A stretch of DNA of 64,000 nucleotides from positions 1 through 64,000 of the IMG/VR virus record IMGVR_UViG_3300012663_001722; one strand, written 5' to 3'. Of the stretch, positions 62,079 to 64,000 are shown piece by piece. The notes beneath the pieces were generated by a model. That model saw only the letters and a list, made by a program, of their open reading frames with translations. It ran no database searches and was not told the origin of the DNA. A program made the translations under genes and the position numbers. The first letter of the stretch is position 1. Every line of letters begins with the position of its first letter. Source of the DNA: a virus (taxonomy: Duplodnaviria > Caudoviricetes).

Positions 62079-64000
62079 TTAGGCAATCAAGTCCATGAAC
62101 TTGCTCAGAAAGACTCGGCTTTGCTTTTTGTTAGCAGTATGCTTCGTGAACTCCTTGGCGAGCTTATTACGACCTGCGCGGCTTTCAGTATCAAGATCAT
62201 TGATGCTAAAGTCATCATCAGAGAGTTTAACTCCAGCACGAGCATCTCGCATTACGAAATAGCCGTCGAAGCCAAAGCCGCCGGGGATGTAGATCACTCG
62301 ATCGTTTGAGCTTCGCGAAGCTTTCATAGTCTTTTCATAGGCAACATAGCCTTCGCCCCAAGTTTTGATATTTGGAAAAGCTGCGCTGCTAATATATGCA
62401 TTAGAGCATTTGGCAACAAGATCTTTTTTGCCGCTAGTTGGCAAGAAGAAGCAAAGAGTGTTACTGCCGGTGACTGCTTTAAAGTCGAGCATCAATTGAC
62501 TTGCCATTGCTGCTTTATCTGTAGCTTCGCGGGCAAAAAGCTTAATCTCTTTCTTATGCCAAACAAAGTTGCGGTGAGTGCTATGATTACGTGGGTCTTT
62601 GTCATGCAATGCATCATTGCCGTTTCTAATAACACCGAGACAGCCACCATCGCCATCGCTGATGAAAATTGTGTTCATTTTTTGCACTCCAGTTTTTGCT
62701 CTAAAGGCATTGACAAGATGTGCAGCAATGATTGTTGTTTCATAGAGAGGTGTGCCGCTCATAGTTTCGATTTGGCTGCCAAAGATATTGCTACGACTAC
62801 ATACATAGTTAAGAAAAAGCTCTTTGCTTGCAGTTTCAAATTCGACTTTATTGAGTTCACTATTAAGCAGCTCATTGACTGTCGCCCAGCGAAAATCAAT
62901 ATTGTCACCAATGCGAGATTCACGATAGTCAAAATTTTCACGGATCGAAGTAAAGCCATAGACAACAAATGGAACACCAACTGCTTTGCAAAACCATACA
63001 AGCTCAAATGTTTGTTTGACAACATCAGATATTACTCCATCCATGCTTTGGCTGCAATCGAGAAAGAATGCCATGCCGTGGCTTTTGCTTTGGGCGAGGC
63101 GAGATACGTTCTTGAAGATTTGATCGTCATAGCGATAAGCATGCAATTTGTTAACATTGATCTGACCAGTTGTGGCAAGAGTAGCTCTGCTATATTCAAA
63201 GGCACTCTTTTTGCGTTCGAACTCTTTGACAAAGCTTGCTACACTTGACTTGCTGCTCTTTTTGAATTCGTTCCAACGCTCATTCATTATGGAATTAGTC
63301 ATAGCATCGTTATAGCGACTCAATTGTTTTTGACGCTCAGCGCGAACTTTCTTGAGATCATTGACACATTTTGCAAAGTCAGATGGGATTGGAGTATTGA
63401 TTGAGCTATAGTCATTGCCTTCATGAAGCTTATTCAATTCATTGTCAAAGCTTTGTTGTGTAGAACAGCTATAGTCAGCTTCTTTAGATTCTTTGGCTTG
63501 AGTTTGAGATTTGACACTTTTGCCAGCGCCTGAGATTTCAGACTTATCATCTTGAGGCTGAGTAACTTGATTTTGATCTTTTGAATCATCTTGAGAATCT
63601 TCAGTAGTAGAGTCAGCTTCAGTGCCATCATCGGCCTCGTCAGAATTCTCAGAGCTTTCAGATTTGTCGCTCTTGGATTCTTCAGAAGCTTTATCGCTCT
63701 CAGAGCTTTGGCTATCTTCATCAGCAGGACTGATATGGCTTAGATTTTGAGTGTCGTCGTCACCTTCTTCGTTGCTTTGTTCATCGCAGCTTGGAGATGA
63801 CATATCATCTTGAGAGTCTTGCTGCTGAGCAATTTGAGGATTGACGTTTTTGTCACTCTCGATAAATTCAATGATGCGACCGCAAACTTCAAGCACATCG
63901 CTCCATGTTTGTGTAGCGTCACATGCTTCAAAGAGAGCTTGCTCTTCAGCAGAGAATGTAATGCTTACTTGATCGCGCAGCTTGCCTTTAAGATTAAGGC
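62079..64000 (-). CDS. CobT-like VWA/peptidase partner of the MoxR ATPase, truncated by window end
   Basis: Frame open to 64000; acidic linker, GQINVNKLHAYRY, FLDCSQSM (MIDAS), GTPL, ISDGDG. Confidence 0.85.
   Translation of the reverse strand, partial: LNLKGKLRDQVSITFSAEEQALFEACDATQTWSDVLEVCGRIIEFIESDKNVNPQIAQQQDSQDDMSSPSCDEQSNEEGDDDTQNLSHISPADEDSQSSESDKASEESKSDKSESSENSDEADDGTEADSTTEDSQDDSKDQNQVTQPQDDKSEISGAGKSVKSQTQAKESKEADYSCSTQQSFDNELNKLHEGNDYSSINTPIPSDFAKCVNDLKKVRAERQKQLSRYNDAMTNSIMNERWNEFKKSSKSSVASFVKEFERKKSAFEYSRATLATTGQINVNKLHAYRYDDQIFKNVSRLAQSKSHGMAFFLDCSQSMDGVISDVVKQTFELVWFCKAVGVPFVVYGFTSIRENFDYRESRIGDNIDFRWATVNELLNSELNKVEFETASKELFLNYVCSRSNIFGSQIETMSGTPLYETTIIAAHLVNAFRAKTGVQKMNTIFISDGDGGCLGVIRNGNDALHDKDPRNHSTHRNFVWHKKEIKLFAREATDKAAMASQLMLDFKAVTGSNTLCFFLPTSGKKDLVAKCSNAYISSAAFPNIKTWGEGYVAYEKTMKASRSSNDRVIYIPGGFGFDGYFVMRDARAGVKLSDDDFSINDLDTESRAGRNKLAKEFTKHTANKKQSRVFLSKFMDLIA

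Overview
64 kb of a T4-like (large myophage) genome; essentially every real gene is on the minus strand. Right part (about 48-64 kb): T4-type replication core with partial CobT-like VWA/peptidase, MoxR/CobS-like AAA+ ATPase, gp45, DsbA-like, gp44/gp62, RegA and gp43. Then a nucleotide-modification block (MazG-like, prim-pol-like, dCMP-hydroxymethylase-type thymidylate synthase homolog, Nmad1-like), followed by UvsX, gp40-like and gp41. Middle (about 29-48 kb): late/virion-associated genes behind TATAAATA promoters, a GIY-YIG homing endonuclease, a lysozyme-like gene, a class Id-type ribonucleotide reductase, RNase H, an exonuclease and a ClpP-like protease. Left (1-29 kb): a hyperplastic early region of small ORFs driven by about 10 repeated sigma70-like promoter cassettes, with a split PRPP-synthetase/Nampt (NARP1-like) NAD pathway, two RNA ligases, a kinase, two phosphoesterases, ThyX, UvsE, HNH, RlpA and tRNA-Leu(TAA). 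The two most unusual items are (i) a ~200 nt structured RNA candidate with its own late-promoter consensus right behind a coiled-coil gene (18741-18950) and (ii) three arrays of translationally coupled mini-genes built from hypervariable 12-bp (S-V-x-x) repeats. Protein calls are from motif recognition by eye; no database search was run. Start sites were refined by hand where the ORF track over-extends.
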